From positions 32,338-96,337 of the forward strand of contig CAVZMI010000025.1 in NCBI GenBank assembly GCA_963776275.1: a DNA stretch of 64,000 nucleotides, written 5' to 3'. Of the stretch, positions 23,521 through 34,150 are shown piece by piece. Position numbers and translations under genes: made by a program. The number at the start of each line of letters is the position of its first letter. Position 1 is the first letter of the stretch. The notes under the pieces were generated by a model, which worked only from the letters and a program-made list of their open reading frames with translations, was not told the DNA's origin and searched no databases. The DNA comes from Ignavibacteriota bacterium. Lineage in GTDB: Bacteria > Bacteroidota > Ignavibacteria > UBA10030 > CAVZMI01.

Positions 23521-24258
23521 ATGAAGAAGAAACTCATTTATGAAGTACTTGTAATAATTTCGGCAGTAGTAGTCTTTGTTTGTGTGATAATACGGGTAGG
23601 GGAGATTTTTCGAGAAAATACAGAAAACAGGGGACCGTCCACAGATATTGTTTCATCCCGCGTAAAGCTACCCCAATCTCCGAATGATGACCAGGGGGAG
23701 AGAATACTCAGACTTTATGGCAGTACAATCCGTAAATATTCGGGGCGATATGACCTCGATTGGCGCCTCGTCCTTGCCGTAATACGTCAGGAGAGTCGCT
23801 TCACCATTGATGCAGAGAGTCACCGAGGTGCAATAGGATTGATGCAAATCATGCCCACAACATTTGAAGATATTGCAGAACAGATGGGATTGGGAGACAT
23901 CATGAATCCACGGACCAATATTGTCGCAGGAATTAAACACTTATCGATATTATCAGGTTCATTTGATGACACTGCACCGGAGGATCGGACTCGTCTTACA
24001 CTTGCAGCTTATAACGCCGGCATAGGAAGGATTCTTGATGCTCAACATCTAGCCCTTTTTCTGAACGATAACCCCAAGACGTGGAAAGGAGTACGGGATG
24101 CCCTTCCACTTCTTTCAAAACGGTTCACCACCCTCCATGAGCGGGCATGGGAAAGTGATAGGCCACGGAACGGTTTTTTTAATGATTATCGCCAGACTGT
24201 GGAATATGTCGATCATGTAATGGCATATTATGACGATTATCGTCAGCGGTACCAGTGA
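23521..24258 (+). CDS. Lytic transglycosylase (SLT domain, MltF-like)
   Basis: QESRF, GAIGLMQIMP, LAAYNAG; N-terminal TM. Confidence 0.92.
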   Translation: MKKKLIYEVLVIISAVVVFVCVIIRVGEIFRENTENRGPSTDIVSSRVKLPQSPNDDQGERILRLYGSTIRKYSGRYDLDWRLVLAVIRQESRFTIDAESHRGAIGLMQIMPTTFEDIAEQMGLGDIMNPRTNIVAGIKHLSILSGSFDDTAPEDRTRLTLAAYNAGIGRILDAQHLALFLNDNPKTWKGVRDALPLLSKRFTTLHERAWESDRPRNGFFNDYRQTVEYVDHVMAYYDDYRQRYQ

Positions 24259-24645
24259 CGAAATGAACGCTATTCATTGCTTGCCTACATGCTTGCATGC
24301 AGGCTTTTTCGGCCCCCTCCTCCACCGATTAGAGCGAGGAATGAGCCTAGAGACGAGCAAACAGGGATGACGTGAAAAACATCATTGCGTGCACTTCTAT
24401 TTTAGATTATCCTGGTTAGCCTTTGTTTCCCATCCTGTGCATAGAGTCAATCGGACCCCTTACACATACTAAAGGAAAATCCCAAGCGGTAATAGATAGT
24501 TGGGATTTTTCTATTTCTTGCCCATTGCTGCCCCTTTTGATCCTTATTATATTTTTCCCTAATATAACACTGGATCGCTTTAAGGGGGCATGTCAAGTCT
24601 ATCCTCCGAAAGAACACTGCGATACATCATATCCAGGAGGTGCCT

Positions 24646-25276
24646 ATGAACCAAGCCGTGTTAAATTTCTTCAAGCAAAACTACGCTCCGGGTCGCGTTT
24701 GTATAATTGGCTCATCAACTCCAATTTACAAACTAATCCGTGACGGACAGGGTGGATTGACGAAGGATGGAAAATCATCCCGATATAATCATACCTTTCT
24801 CATGGGTAGCATACGTGATGACGGGAGAGATGACGGCAGCATCTATATTTATGAAAGTGATTTGCACGTAAGTGTTCCAGATTGGGAAGTAAAAAATGGA
24901 GTAATGGAAAGTCGTATTACGAAGTGGTGTCTTGATGATTTAGAGTATGCGGCAGTTTTAGGTGTCGATCTTACTCAACAAGAAACAGAATCTCTCCTCA
25001 GGAAAGCGCTCTGGTACTCATATGATGAACACCACCTCCTATATCCCGTCGGATCCCTATTTGGGGCCCTTCTGGGCCATCCTGACGGGACGATTAAGCC
25101 GGAAAAACATTTTTAATTCCGTCCAGGCGGTTCAATGCGCGACGTTCGTTCGATTGTGTTATCAAAGCATCAATCGCGATATCATGACAGCGGGCACCGA
25201 TCTATCCAATACGTCCCCAGAAGGCATATCGCAAAGTCAAGTGTTTATCTTCCGTCAAGAGTGGAAAAAAGTGTAA
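24646..25276 (+). CDS. Permuted papain-like (YiiX/YaeF, NlpC/P60) protein; frameshift near 25065
   Basis: His motif RYNHTFL precedes Cys motif VQCATFVRLCY, then SPEGI. Confidence 0.6.
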
Positions 25277-25440
25277 GCTACGGGATATGTAGGCGGGCTC
25301 ATACGGGTGTTTTTATGTTTATGGGGCGAGAAGGAATTAATTTTCAAACTGAGTACATTCTTTTACTGAATGCGCAGCGAGATCATTCAGACCGTAACGA
25401 CTTCGCCAAATTGTCTCTCCACTTAATGAACGCGCTGAGA

Positions 25441-25566
25441 TCACTTGCCAATGTGAATGTTCAAAAGAGAATGCAACAATCCAAAAACGTTCAACAACCA
25501 CAACACCACTGCAATGACAACAACGGCGTTCAGGATTTTCTTCATCGTGGCCTGTATTGGTATGTC
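25441..25566 (-). pseudogene. 5'-truncated small membrane protein (Thivi_2564-like)
   Basis: Manual translation IPIQATMKKILNAVVVIAVVLWLLNVFGLLHSLLNIHIGK*; first TM helix missing. Confidence 0.65.
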
Positions 25567-25606
25567 TTATCCCCCCAACGCCGTTGCGCACTATGAACCT
25601 GAAGAA

Positions 25607-26812
25607 TTAGAGTGAGAAACCAACTTGTGCGTTAATCAAAAGACGTGTTTTCCTTTCGATAGGAAAAAATAGAGTCAATTCCAGACCTGCATTAATTTTC
25701 TTGATGAATCCGAGATCGAGTATCCTCGTCAGCTCGACCAAATCCAGAAATGTTGATAGTACAAAACCACCTCGTCCGATACCCACATCGATCGGCGAGC
25801 TGACCCCAAAAGTTCCCATTCCAAAGCTGACAGGGAATCGATTTCCTGATTCCGCGTTGACATGGTAAAACCGCAACATCGCACTGGTGTTGCCATACTC
25901 GATGGTATCCCCGGCTTGTGTATCGTACAAAACTTTGGGGATCCCGAGCGAAAAACCGACTTCTAGCGTCGGGCCTATTACGCGGAAATAGCGTGTGACG
26001 GAGTTGGATCGATCGTATGAACCGATTCTGATTGTGTAATCCGGTTCGATGTTCACCTTGATAAGCGCCCAGGCAGGGAGGGAGTCCAACGGCAGGCGTA
26101 CTTGTTCGAGATCCTCTGTGCTGATTGCAGCATAGGCACCGTAGGCAGTACGGTACTGAATGAACATTGCACGATCCCGTTCCGGATTGCCATGACTTCG
26201 GAATGTCACCACGCGGCGCTCGAATGTTTGCATTATAGTTCCGTCTCGCAACTGCACCAACGTCCTGATCGTGACAAACTGCGGTCCCATCTGCGACCGA
26301 ATACCGTCTCGCCGGAACGCTACGCGAAGAGTTCGTATCTGCCCCCCGTCAAGCGTCACCGGCGTCTGCGGATCGCTGCTGCCGTCCGTTGGGACAATGC
26401 TCACATAATTGCTAAGTTGCTCAACGTCTTGATATTCTTCGACCTCCACAACGCGACCCGTCTCATAAACAAAGCGCCGGCCTTTGGCATCTACAATTCT
26501 GAGGAGAATACGATATGATCCCGGCGTGACAGTTTCAGGAATGACCGCGAGGTAGGTATCGCGTCCGGTAGGCTTGAGCTGTATACCCTCCATAGCGATT
26601 ATCGGAGCAACGGCAGTTGTTGTCATGCTGTCCTCCCGTTGAATTGTCAGGTGAAGGGTATCGTCGGGAAAGTACACCGGCTTGTCTGTCGAAACGAGAA
26701 TACTTTCATCGAGTATGGGCAGAACGAGGGTCGTGGATATCTGTTGTGCTTGTGTACGCATGGTACCGACAATGCAGAGCAACAGTAGACAGGGATATAA
26801 AAACTTCAGCAT
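25607..26812 (-). CDS. Hypothetical exported protein
   Basis: 401-aa ORF, signal peptide, beta-strand-like C-terminus. Confidence 0.8.
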   Translation of the reverse strand: MLKFLYPCLLLLCIVGTMRTQAQQISTTLVLPILDESILVSTDKPVYFPDDTLHLTIQREDSMTTTAVAPIIAMEGIQLKPTGRDTYLAVIPETVTPGSYRILLRIVDAKGRRFVYETGRVVEVEEYQDVEQLSNYVSIVPTDGSSDPQTPVTLDGGQIRTLRVAFRRDGIRSQMGPQFVTIRTLVQLRDGTIMQTFERRVVTFRSHGNPERDRAMFIQYRTAYGAYAAISTEDLEQVRLPLDSLPAWALIKVNIEPDYTIRIGSYDRSNSVTRYFRVIGPTLEVGFSLGIPKVLYDTQAGDTIEYGNTSAMLRFYHVNAESGNRFPVSFGMGTFGVSSPIDVGIGRGGFVLSTFLDLVELTRILDLGFIKKINAGLELTLFFPIERKTRLLINAQVGFSL

Positions 26813-26917
26813 ATCGTTTCTTTCCTGAAAACGTTATTTACTTCTTCGTACAGCATCACCATAACCGGGGAACGCGAGGATACGGATTCACACCATCAGA
26901 AATTGTATCTTACAATG

Positions 26918-27043
26918 TTATTGATTGAGGATTACATGGATCATCTTTTCATTTTTCTTCTCTCTTTTAGCCGCCTTTTTTTCCTTCATTGTTTTTTGTG
27001 GTTCTTTCTTTGAATTCTTTTTACTGTTTTGACCTTTGCTCAT
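26918..27043 (-). CDS. Small Lys-rich protein (41 aa; not in ORF track)
   Basis: MSKGQNSKKNSKKEPQKTMKEKKAAKREKKNEKMIHVILNQ with SD AAGGA. Confidence 0.65.
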   Translation of the reverse strand: MSKGQNSKKNSKKEPQKTMKEKKAAKREKKNEKMIHVILNQ

Positions 27044-27182
27044 GATTTTTATCCTTTTAATTATTATTAGTTCAATAATCCATCCGTGATAATATCATAT
27101 CCGTCGTATCAACGCCGCTAAGTTCGGCTTCGGACGATCTCAAACCTTCCGCGTATGTCTTCTGTGATGCTGCATCCCGGAC

Positions 27183-27223
27183 TCAATTCTTGGTCCCGAA
27201 CACATTTTGTCCGCGAATGACTC
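27183..27223 (-). pseudogene. 3' remnant of an lmo0937-family gene
   Basis: VIRGQNVFGTKN* aligns at DNA level with 59244-59284 (VIRGRNIFGEKN*). Confidence 0.6.
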
Positions 27224-27270
27224 AAACATTTTTGTCTGAAGTATTCGTCTCTGTGCATCAAACCAGCGGG

Positions 27271-28197
27271 CTATTTCCGTAGTGCTGCCAATTTTCTGAA
27301 CAAGTCTATTTCCTCTTCGCTGAGATGCTCCGGCAGCACGATGTCAACTTTCACCAGCAGATTTCCAAACTCATTCTTCTTTGCATAGACTGGCATTCCA
27401 AGTCCCCGAAATCTGAGCTCTTTGCCGTTTGGCGTTCCCTTCGGAATATTGACTGTGACTTTGCCTTTCAGTGTTTCAATCTGAGTCTTTCCGCCGAGGA
27501 CAGCAGTATACAATTCAACGGGGAGGTCACGATGGAGATCGTTTCCCTTCCGGTGAAATTCTGGATGCGGCGCAATCTTGATGGTGAGATAGAGGTCACC
27601 GTTTGAACCGCCGCTTAATCCGCTTCCCCCTTTGCCTGCAATTCTCAGCATTTGCCGGTCTGCGACGCCTGGTTTGATCGTCACCTTAATCGTTTGACCA
27701 TTGAGCTGGATGAGCCGCGTCGTGCCGTGGTAGGCTTCTTCAAGCAAGAGGGTTGTCTCTGTTTCAAGATCCTCGCCTTTGATGACAACGCCCCGTCTTC
27801 CTTGCCGCTGGCCGCTGCGTTGTCCAAACAGAATCTCAAAAAGGTCATCGACACCCTCGCCGGTAAACATCGCATCGGAGTCATGCATGCTCGTCCGGTG
27901 CGTTTGTCCGCCGCGGCCGCTTGCGTACTTCGACCAATCAAATCCTCCCGGCTGCGCTCCGGCTTCTTCGTAGTGTTTCCAATCCGCACCAAACTGATCG
28001 TACTTTTTTCGTTTTACCGGATCGCTGAGGACTTCGTTGGCCTCGTTGATATCCTTGAACTTTTCTTCAGCCGCTTTATCTCCCTTGGTCTTGTCGGGAT
28101 GATATTTGTTAGCGAGCGCGCGATACGCCTTCTTGATTTCTCCAGGCGTTGCTGTCTTTCCAACGCCCAAATACTTGTAGTAATCTTTGTAGATCAT
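27271..28197 (-). CDS. DnaJ class B / curved DNA-binding protein CbpA-like
   Basis: J domain with HPD, G/F-rich linker, no Zn finger, DnaJ_C. Confidence 0.92.
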   Translation of the reverse strand: MIYKDYYKYLGVGKTATPGEIKKAYRALANKYHPDKTKGDKAAEEKFKDINEANEVLSDPVKRKKYDQFGADWKHYEEAGAQPGGFDWSKYASGRGGQTHRTSMHDSDAMFTGEGVDDLFEILFGQRSGQRQGRRGVVIKGEDLETETTLLLEEAYHGTTRLIQLNGQTIKVTIKPGVADRQMLRIAGKGGSGLSGGSNGDLYLTIKIAPHPEFHRKGNDLHRDLPVELYTAVLGGKTQIETLKGKVTVNIPKGTPNGKELRFRGLGMPVYAKKNEFGNLLVKVDIVLPEHLSEEEIDLFRKLAALRK

Positions 28198-28466
28198 AGT
28201 CTATCACATAGGATATGTATCATCCGGCAACTCGCACTTGCGCTGCGCGCAGTAATTCATTGTTCCAGAGATAGCCGCGACGCAGCTCATCAACAACGAT
28301 TCCCGGTTCACTTCCTCCATGTTTCGCCATCGCCACAGCTTCATGCAGATTATTGTTGAACGGCGTACCGACACTTGGTTTTAGTGTTCAACGCAGGGGC
28401 GAACCCCTCGATTAACTAGGGGCGAGCCATGGCCCAAACCCACTGTTGTTGAGTTTGACGGCGTTT

Positions 28467-28946
28467 TTAGCTTGCCGCACCTTCAGTTTGATTAACCAGA
28501 TAGTTTTCCATACCCATTTGTTCGATCTGTGCACGTTGTATTTCTGCCCAATCGACGTGACCTTCTTCCATCTTCAGTATCTTGGAGAGCAGGTCAATAG
28601 TACCTTGATCGTCAACTGCACGAGCGAGTTTGATTGCTTCATTATAAGAGCGTACAGCATCAAGTTCATCGTTGTTGTCGTTGTTGATCATTTCTGATAC
28701 AGTCTTGCCGATTTTTATCGGGTTAAGTTTGGAAACAGTCGGCGTACCCTCGAAAAATAATATTCGTTCGATAAGCCACTCGGCATGGTGCATTTCATCC
28801 ATTGCTTGTTTTCTGATATCCACGTGAAGCTTTTTATAACCCCAGTTCTCGCACATTTCAGAATGCACCATATACTGGTTTATGGCGGTAAGTTCATCAG
28901 CCAAAAGCTGATCAAGTACCGTGAGTAATTTTTTATTGCCCTTCAT
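28467..28946 (-). CDS. bfr: Bacterioferritin
   Basis: MKG start, ELTAINQYMVH, DEMHHAEWLIERILF, EEGHVDW. Confidence 0.95.
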   Translation of the reverse strand: MKGNKKLLTVLDQLLADELTAINQYMVHSEMCENWGYKKLHVDIRKQAMDEMHHAEWLIERILFFEGTPTVSKLNPIKIGKTVSEMINNDNNDELDAVRSYNEAIKLARAVDDQGTIDLLSKILKMEEGHVDWAEIQRAQIEQMGMENYLVNQTEGAAS

Positions 28947-29060
28947 AAGTATTCTCCTCTTATTGCTCATCCAGAATCTGTTAAAATAATTTTAGTATAT
29001 TTTACTTATCTCATGTCTTTCAGCTGTTCAGTTTCACGGCTCCAGGCATAGACTCAAAGA

Positions 29061-29271
29061 TTATGCCTGAAGTATTTTCTTGGCTTTCTCTCTCTGGGTT
29101 TCAGCAACCAGCAATTGAACACCTTGCGTATTCTGTAACGATGGAAGCATTCCACCCCCATCGTCTTTGATTATGGATGCTGGAATGCCTGACGCTTCGA
29201 GAACGTCCTTTTGCAATTTCAGCGTCTATCTCATTTTCATATTCGCCAACGGTTACTTGTTTTTCTTCCAT
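29061..29271 (-). CDS. DUF2007-like small protein (one frameshift near 29203; not in ORF track)
   Basis: MEEKQVTVGEYENEIDAEIAKG/LEASGIPASIIKDDGGGMLPSLQNTQGVQLLVAETQREKAKKILQA. Confidence 0.7.
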
Positions 29272-29499
29272 GTACTCACCTCATTGCTATTATAGATGCC
29301 CATGTTCGCCTACACAGTGGCATTGTCATTTACATTTTCAATCGATCACGGATGTGATTCTTCAAAACCTTTTATCGAAGCAGAAATACCGTCAATTCCT
29401 AACTTTAAGAGTTTTTATTTATTCTCCTGCCGCAGCGTTTCCAAACGTGTCATATGCTTCATACTCTCATTCAGCGCACACTGATGCATGATCATTGTT

Positions 29500-30444
29500 T
29501 TATTTGCTGTGCTGTTCAAGCCACTCAAGCATCTTGCGTATACTGCCGGTCGCCAGGGCAATGCTCGTATCTGCCGCACCATAATATAAATTGATGGCAT
29601 CGCCATCAGGGCCAATCGTGTATCCGCACGGAAATACGACATATCCCACATCACCGCTTTGTTCGTACGGTTCTTCCGGAGCGAAGACCCAATCTTTGCT
29701 GCGCTTAAGTAAAAGTTCAGGCTTGTTCAAGTCAAAGAGTGCAAGTCCTAACCTATAAATGCATCCGGCACAAGACTGTTTTACACCATGGTAAATCACC
29801 AGCCATCCCTGAGGTGTTTCAATGGGCGGGGGTGAAAGACCAATTTTATTTGCATCCCACCATGCACCCTTCCGGGCTTCCATCATGAGAGTATGACCGC
29901 CCCAATATTTCAGATCCGGCGAGTACGAAATCCACATATGCGCTCTCGGTGCACTGACAGGACGATGAATCAAAGCCCAGTTACCGTCAATTCGATGTGG
30001 TAAAAGTGCCGCATCTTTATCTTCAGGCGGCATGATCACACCAAAGCGTTCAAAGGTGTGAAAGCTTTCAGTGAGGGCCAAAGCAACGCCGGGACCGTCG
30101 CGCGTGTATGCAGTATACACGACTGCATATTTTTTTAATTCCGGCAAAAACGTAATACGTGGATCTTCAATGCCCCATAATTCTTCCGGGAAACTTTCAG
30201 GATTGGGTACCAGCGTTGGCTCCGGATCAATCTTCCAGCTATCTATTCCGTTGGCGGATCGGGCAGCACAAAAGTGAGAAAGTCCCCGCCGGTCCTCCAC
30301 CCGACATAAAAGCAATGTTGTTCCATCAGGCAGCAATGTAGCGCCTGCATTGAACACACTATTGATAGGATAGGGCCAATTGTCGGCTGTAAGAATAGGA
30401 TTCAGGTTATGACGGTGAAAAAGTTCTAAATGCTGATTGTTCGT
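29500..30444 (-). CDS. GH130-family glycosidase/phosphorylase (apparent ACG start)
   Basis: NPIL..VFNAGA, GIEDPRI, DKDAAL, VVFPCG, LYYGAAD; frame extends to ACG at 30444 behind GGAGG. Confidence 0.9.
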   Translation of the reverse strand, partial: TNNQHLELFHRHNLNPILTADNWPYPINSVFNAGATLLPDGTTLLLCRVEDRRGLSHFCAARSANGIDSWKIDPEPTLVPNPESFPEELWGIEDPRITFLPELKKYAVVYTAYTRDGPGVALALTESFHTFERFGVIMPPEDKDAALLPHRIDGNWALIHRPVSAPRAHMWISYSPDLKYWGGHTLMMEARKGAWWDANKIGLSPPPIETPQGWLVIYHGVKQSCAGCIYRLGLALFDLNKPELLLKRSKDWVFAPEEPYEQSGDVGYVVFPCGYTIGPDGDAINLYYGAADTSIALATGSIRKMLEWLEQHSK

Positions 30445-32724
30445 TTTAATAATGCCTCCATAGATAAATGTGTCTGTTCGGCTAAACGCAATTCCAATAA
30501 TGACTGAAGAAATGCTAGCGTTGATTCTGCTCCTTGATTTTCGTTCGGCCGGTCGGGATGTAAACCGTCACGGCAACCGCCTGTTGTTGCATCGTACAAA
30601 GGAAGCTTCAAATCGTTCCGCCCGAGGAACCACTCAAATGCCCGCCGGGCTTCTTTGTTCCAGTATTTGTCTCCAGTAATTCTGAATGCTTCGAGACAAG
30701 CCGAAACCATCGCCTGTGCTTCAATCGGCTGTTGATCGAAGCGGGCACGTTCATTTCCAAACTCATAAAATCCGTTCGAACCTATTGGAACAAAATGCCC
30801 CTCACTTGCGCACTGCAAACCGGCCAGCCAATTGTAACGACTCCAATCCGGCATCAGTCATTGCACTGTTCGGAATTGATCTGCCGCAGATGAGGAGAGC
30901 ATGAGACAGGGCCGCATTGCAGTACGTAAGGCTTCTTTCAAACCAGCGCCAGTCTTCCGAACGATTACTTTGATACAATCTCAAAAGTCGGCCTGCCAAT
31001 TCTTCGCTGACCTGGTTGGCCATCCGATCACCGGAATATTTTTGTGAATACTCGGAAATGCCGATGAGTGCAAATGCCCAGGCACGCGGGCTGGTCGTTA
31101 CAAGGATGGAAGGAAGAGCTTGCTCAAACAACCAGCCTGCCATACTATTGAATGACGGTGTCGTAGAATGGCTCAAGACGGTTCCTAATGCCCAAATTGC
31201 GCGGCCATGACTATCGTCCGAACCTGTGTCTTCTGACCAGTTGCGTTGATAATCCATGAAATTTCGAAAACGTTTATTCTGAGCATTAAATGCAAACCCG
31301 AGGAAAGCGAGATAGCGGGAAGCTAATCCTACGCTCTCGCTGTTCCCCAGTTCATCCAGGAGAATACTCACCAAAAGAGCACGTGCATTGTCATCAGTTG
31401 TATACCCATGAGAATAGTTAGGCACGGTAAAAAGAGCATGCTGTAAAATTCCTGTTTCATCTGTCATAGCCCGTAAGTGATCCGATTTCAGCGGAGGTAA
31501 TTCACTCGGATATTTATCGAGCGCTTTCGCAATAAATCCCGGTGGGATATAATGACGGCGTTCTGCCCGAGCCCGTTCAAAACTTTCCATATAGCGTTTT
31601 GCCACTTCGGACCAAATCATCGCTCGTCCAAACATATAAGCACGCTTGCGCATTGCGTGCCGCTCCGCTTCATTGTCCAACAAGTTAATTACCTGTTCAG
31701 CCAGGGCTGCGGGATCACGGAAGGGGACAAGCACACCCCGTTTATCGGCAAGCATCTCTTGCGCGTACCAGTATGGTGTGGAGATGACCGCCTTACCCGC
31801 TCCTAATGTGTACGCAAGGGTTCCGGATACGATCTGTGCCTCGTTAAGATAGGGTGTAATATAGATATCAGCGGCTCCGATGAACTCAACAAGTTCTTCC
31901 AGGCTGACAAAGCGGTTGTAAAAGATTACATGACTTTCTACACCCTTCTGCTGAGCTAACCATTGAAGAGAGAGCCGATACGTTTCGCCTTCATGTTGAA
32001 TAACATGAGGATGTGTGGCACCAACAACGATATACACAATGTCGGGATAGCGGGCAACAATGTCGGGTAGGGCAGATATAACGGTCTCGATTCCTTTGTT
32101 CGCTGAGAGTAAACCAAAACTCAGTAAAACGGTTTTACCTTCTACGCCGAACAGATCTTTATTGAAACTTGGATCGACGAACGGCACATCGGGAATTCCG
32201 TGCGGAATCAGATCGATCTTTTCCGGCGATACATGATAGACGTTTTGTAAATATTCAGAGCCCCGTTCACTCATGACGACCAACCTATCCGAAAGAGCGG
32301 CAACTTCCTCCAGCACCAATCGCTGATCATGGGTTGGGGAGTTGAGTATGGTGTGCAGCGTTGTGACAATCGGCATTCGCAGATCACGCAAGAGTGTCAG
32401 GATGTGGCTTCCTGCCTTTCCGCCGAATATTCCGTACTCGAATTGCAGGCATACCAGATCGACATTGTTGATATTGAGAAAGTCGGCTGCGCGCCTGTAC
32501 GAATGGATGTCTTTCTCTGCGAGTTCAAAGCGAACCCGGGCCGGATAGGCGTAACCGGCTTCGATATCGTTAACCGGTATAGCAATACATGTTGTTTCAC
32601 TATATGCCGATGCAACAGCCTCACATAAATCTGTGGTAAACGTGGCAATGCCGCATTGCCGGGGTAAATAATTTCCGACGAATGCAATTCGGCTGGATGT
32701 TGAATTTATTATGCTTTGATTCAA
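30426..32724 (-). CDS. GT4 glycosyltransferase fused to C-terminal helical domain; frameshift near 30835
   Basis: PRQCGIATFT, SGTLAY, GYTTDDNARAL, FDQQPIEA, NQGAESTL. Confidence 0.9.
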
Positions 32725-32774
32725 GAAGAATATCCTCTTTTGATTATTTTTCGTAGAACAGGTTTTGGCTAAAG

Positions 32775-32980
32775 GCAGTCATAAACAATCTCGTCTTTCT
32801 TCCGGAGCTTTCCAAGAAGCATCTAGTACTTACCCACGGCGACTGCCGGTTCGTCATTCATCACCGTTCCCCAATGGGTCAAGGGCTTTTCCCGAGCCCT
32901 GGGTCGAGCCTGTCGAGACCTAATCGAGGGGTTTGTCCCCCGGTTATCTCTATGGTACTTCCATGCGATTCCAATCCAAG
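32775..32980 (-). pseudogene. Degenerate CsbD-like copy interrupted by a REP-like insert
   Basis: DWNRME...GKA..HWGTVMNDEPAVAVGKY*MLLGKL aligns with the csbD copies; ~45-bp insert contains GTCGAGCCTGTCGAGAC. Confidence 0.65.
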
Positions 32981-33101
32981 ATTCTTACTCCTATCTTTCT
33001 CAATGATTCTCCACAGATCTTCTTTTATCGATCTTTGAGAATAAACACATTCTTTACTGAAACATATAAATATACTAATGATTTCGTCAAATAAAAAATA
33101 G

Positions 33102-33136
33102 CCCGAAAGAATGATAAAGTGGTTAATTCTCTTAGG
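33102..33136. promoter_or_regulatory. Candidate operator (13-9-13 imperfect inverted repeat)
   Basis: CCCGAAAGAATGA-N9-TAATTCTCTTAGG; related copies at 39103-39137 and 59882-59916. Confidence 0.45.
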
Positions 33137-33498
33137 AAGAATGGGGTGTTGTTCGAGAATGAGGGAAGAACGGTGAGTCGCGGACTCCCTGCCGATTTCG
33201 AACCATGAAAAGCTTTAACTTCGAAAGATGTATCTTATCTCATTGTCTTTTTGGTGTTTTTAATTTATTCGGAGTATATATTCATCTTACTTTTTTAAAG
33301 TCGATATATCCCCGATCTACATTCGTGTGGCTGAGCTGTACACGGAGTTTTTGTCCTACATCCATGCCTTAATACCCCCCTACAAGTCTTCCCTGTATGG
33401 GTGGATGCAGAATCTGGACCCACGTGCCTTTCGTTCTTTCCCTTCATGATGTTCCCCCGGAGAGATTTTGCTATTGTTACTCCCATCAGAATTTCTTC

Positions 33499-34020
33499 CT
33501 ACTTCACCCTGTACCGGAACCGTATCGTTTTATCGACCCCGCGAACGTTGGCACTCACATTAAACAGATATTCTCCCTTTTCTTCGAGTGCCAAACCATT
33601 AGCAAAATGTCTCATGATACTCTTGAGGTTGACTATGGATTCTTTCATTGACGGAGATTCAAGCCGAAGGTTGGCACTACACTCGGCGATTTCCATCCCG
33701 CTTGCAGCATCTTTAAGAAAAAGCATGAAGTGATGCGTGCCTGACATCATTTGATGTCTCAACGAGGATTCCTTTTTCCCGCGCATCATCTGACCCATCT
33801 TTCCCTTCATCATCTTCCTGTTCACTTCCTGAGTTACGATCCACACTTTTATGTTGAGCCCATCGGCGGTCGAGTCGAATGTCGGTTTGCCGATCATTCT
33901 CGCAATGTCCTCTGCCTTTGTATAGGTTCGTGTTTGATTGTCATCATTCCGTTGATCAAACATCGTCAGTGTCAAAGCGATTGCCAGGACTGTCGAAAGA
34001 AGTATATGTTTGGTGTTCAT
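33499..34020 (-). CDS. Exported Met/His-rich hypothetical protein
   Basis: Signal-like N-terminus; MMKGKMGQMM, HQMMSGTHHFM. Confidence 0.7.
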   Translation of the reverse strand: MNTKHILLSTVLAIALTLTMFDQRNDDNQTRTYTKAEDIARMIGKPTFDSTADGLNIKVWIVTQEVNRKMMKGKMGQMMRGKKESSLRHQMMSGTHHFMLFLKDAASGMEIAECSANLRLESPSMKESIVNLKSIMRHFANGLALEEKGEYLFNVSANVRGVDKTIRFRYRVK

Positions 34021-34150
34021 GATTCATTCTCATGGCGAAGGAGATATATCGATCGTAAAAAAAATTTGTATCAATACTCCATGTACCTCTGCCGGCAATC
34101 ATCGCGGCGATACACAAACCCAGAATCAGAATACATAATCACTCTCATAT

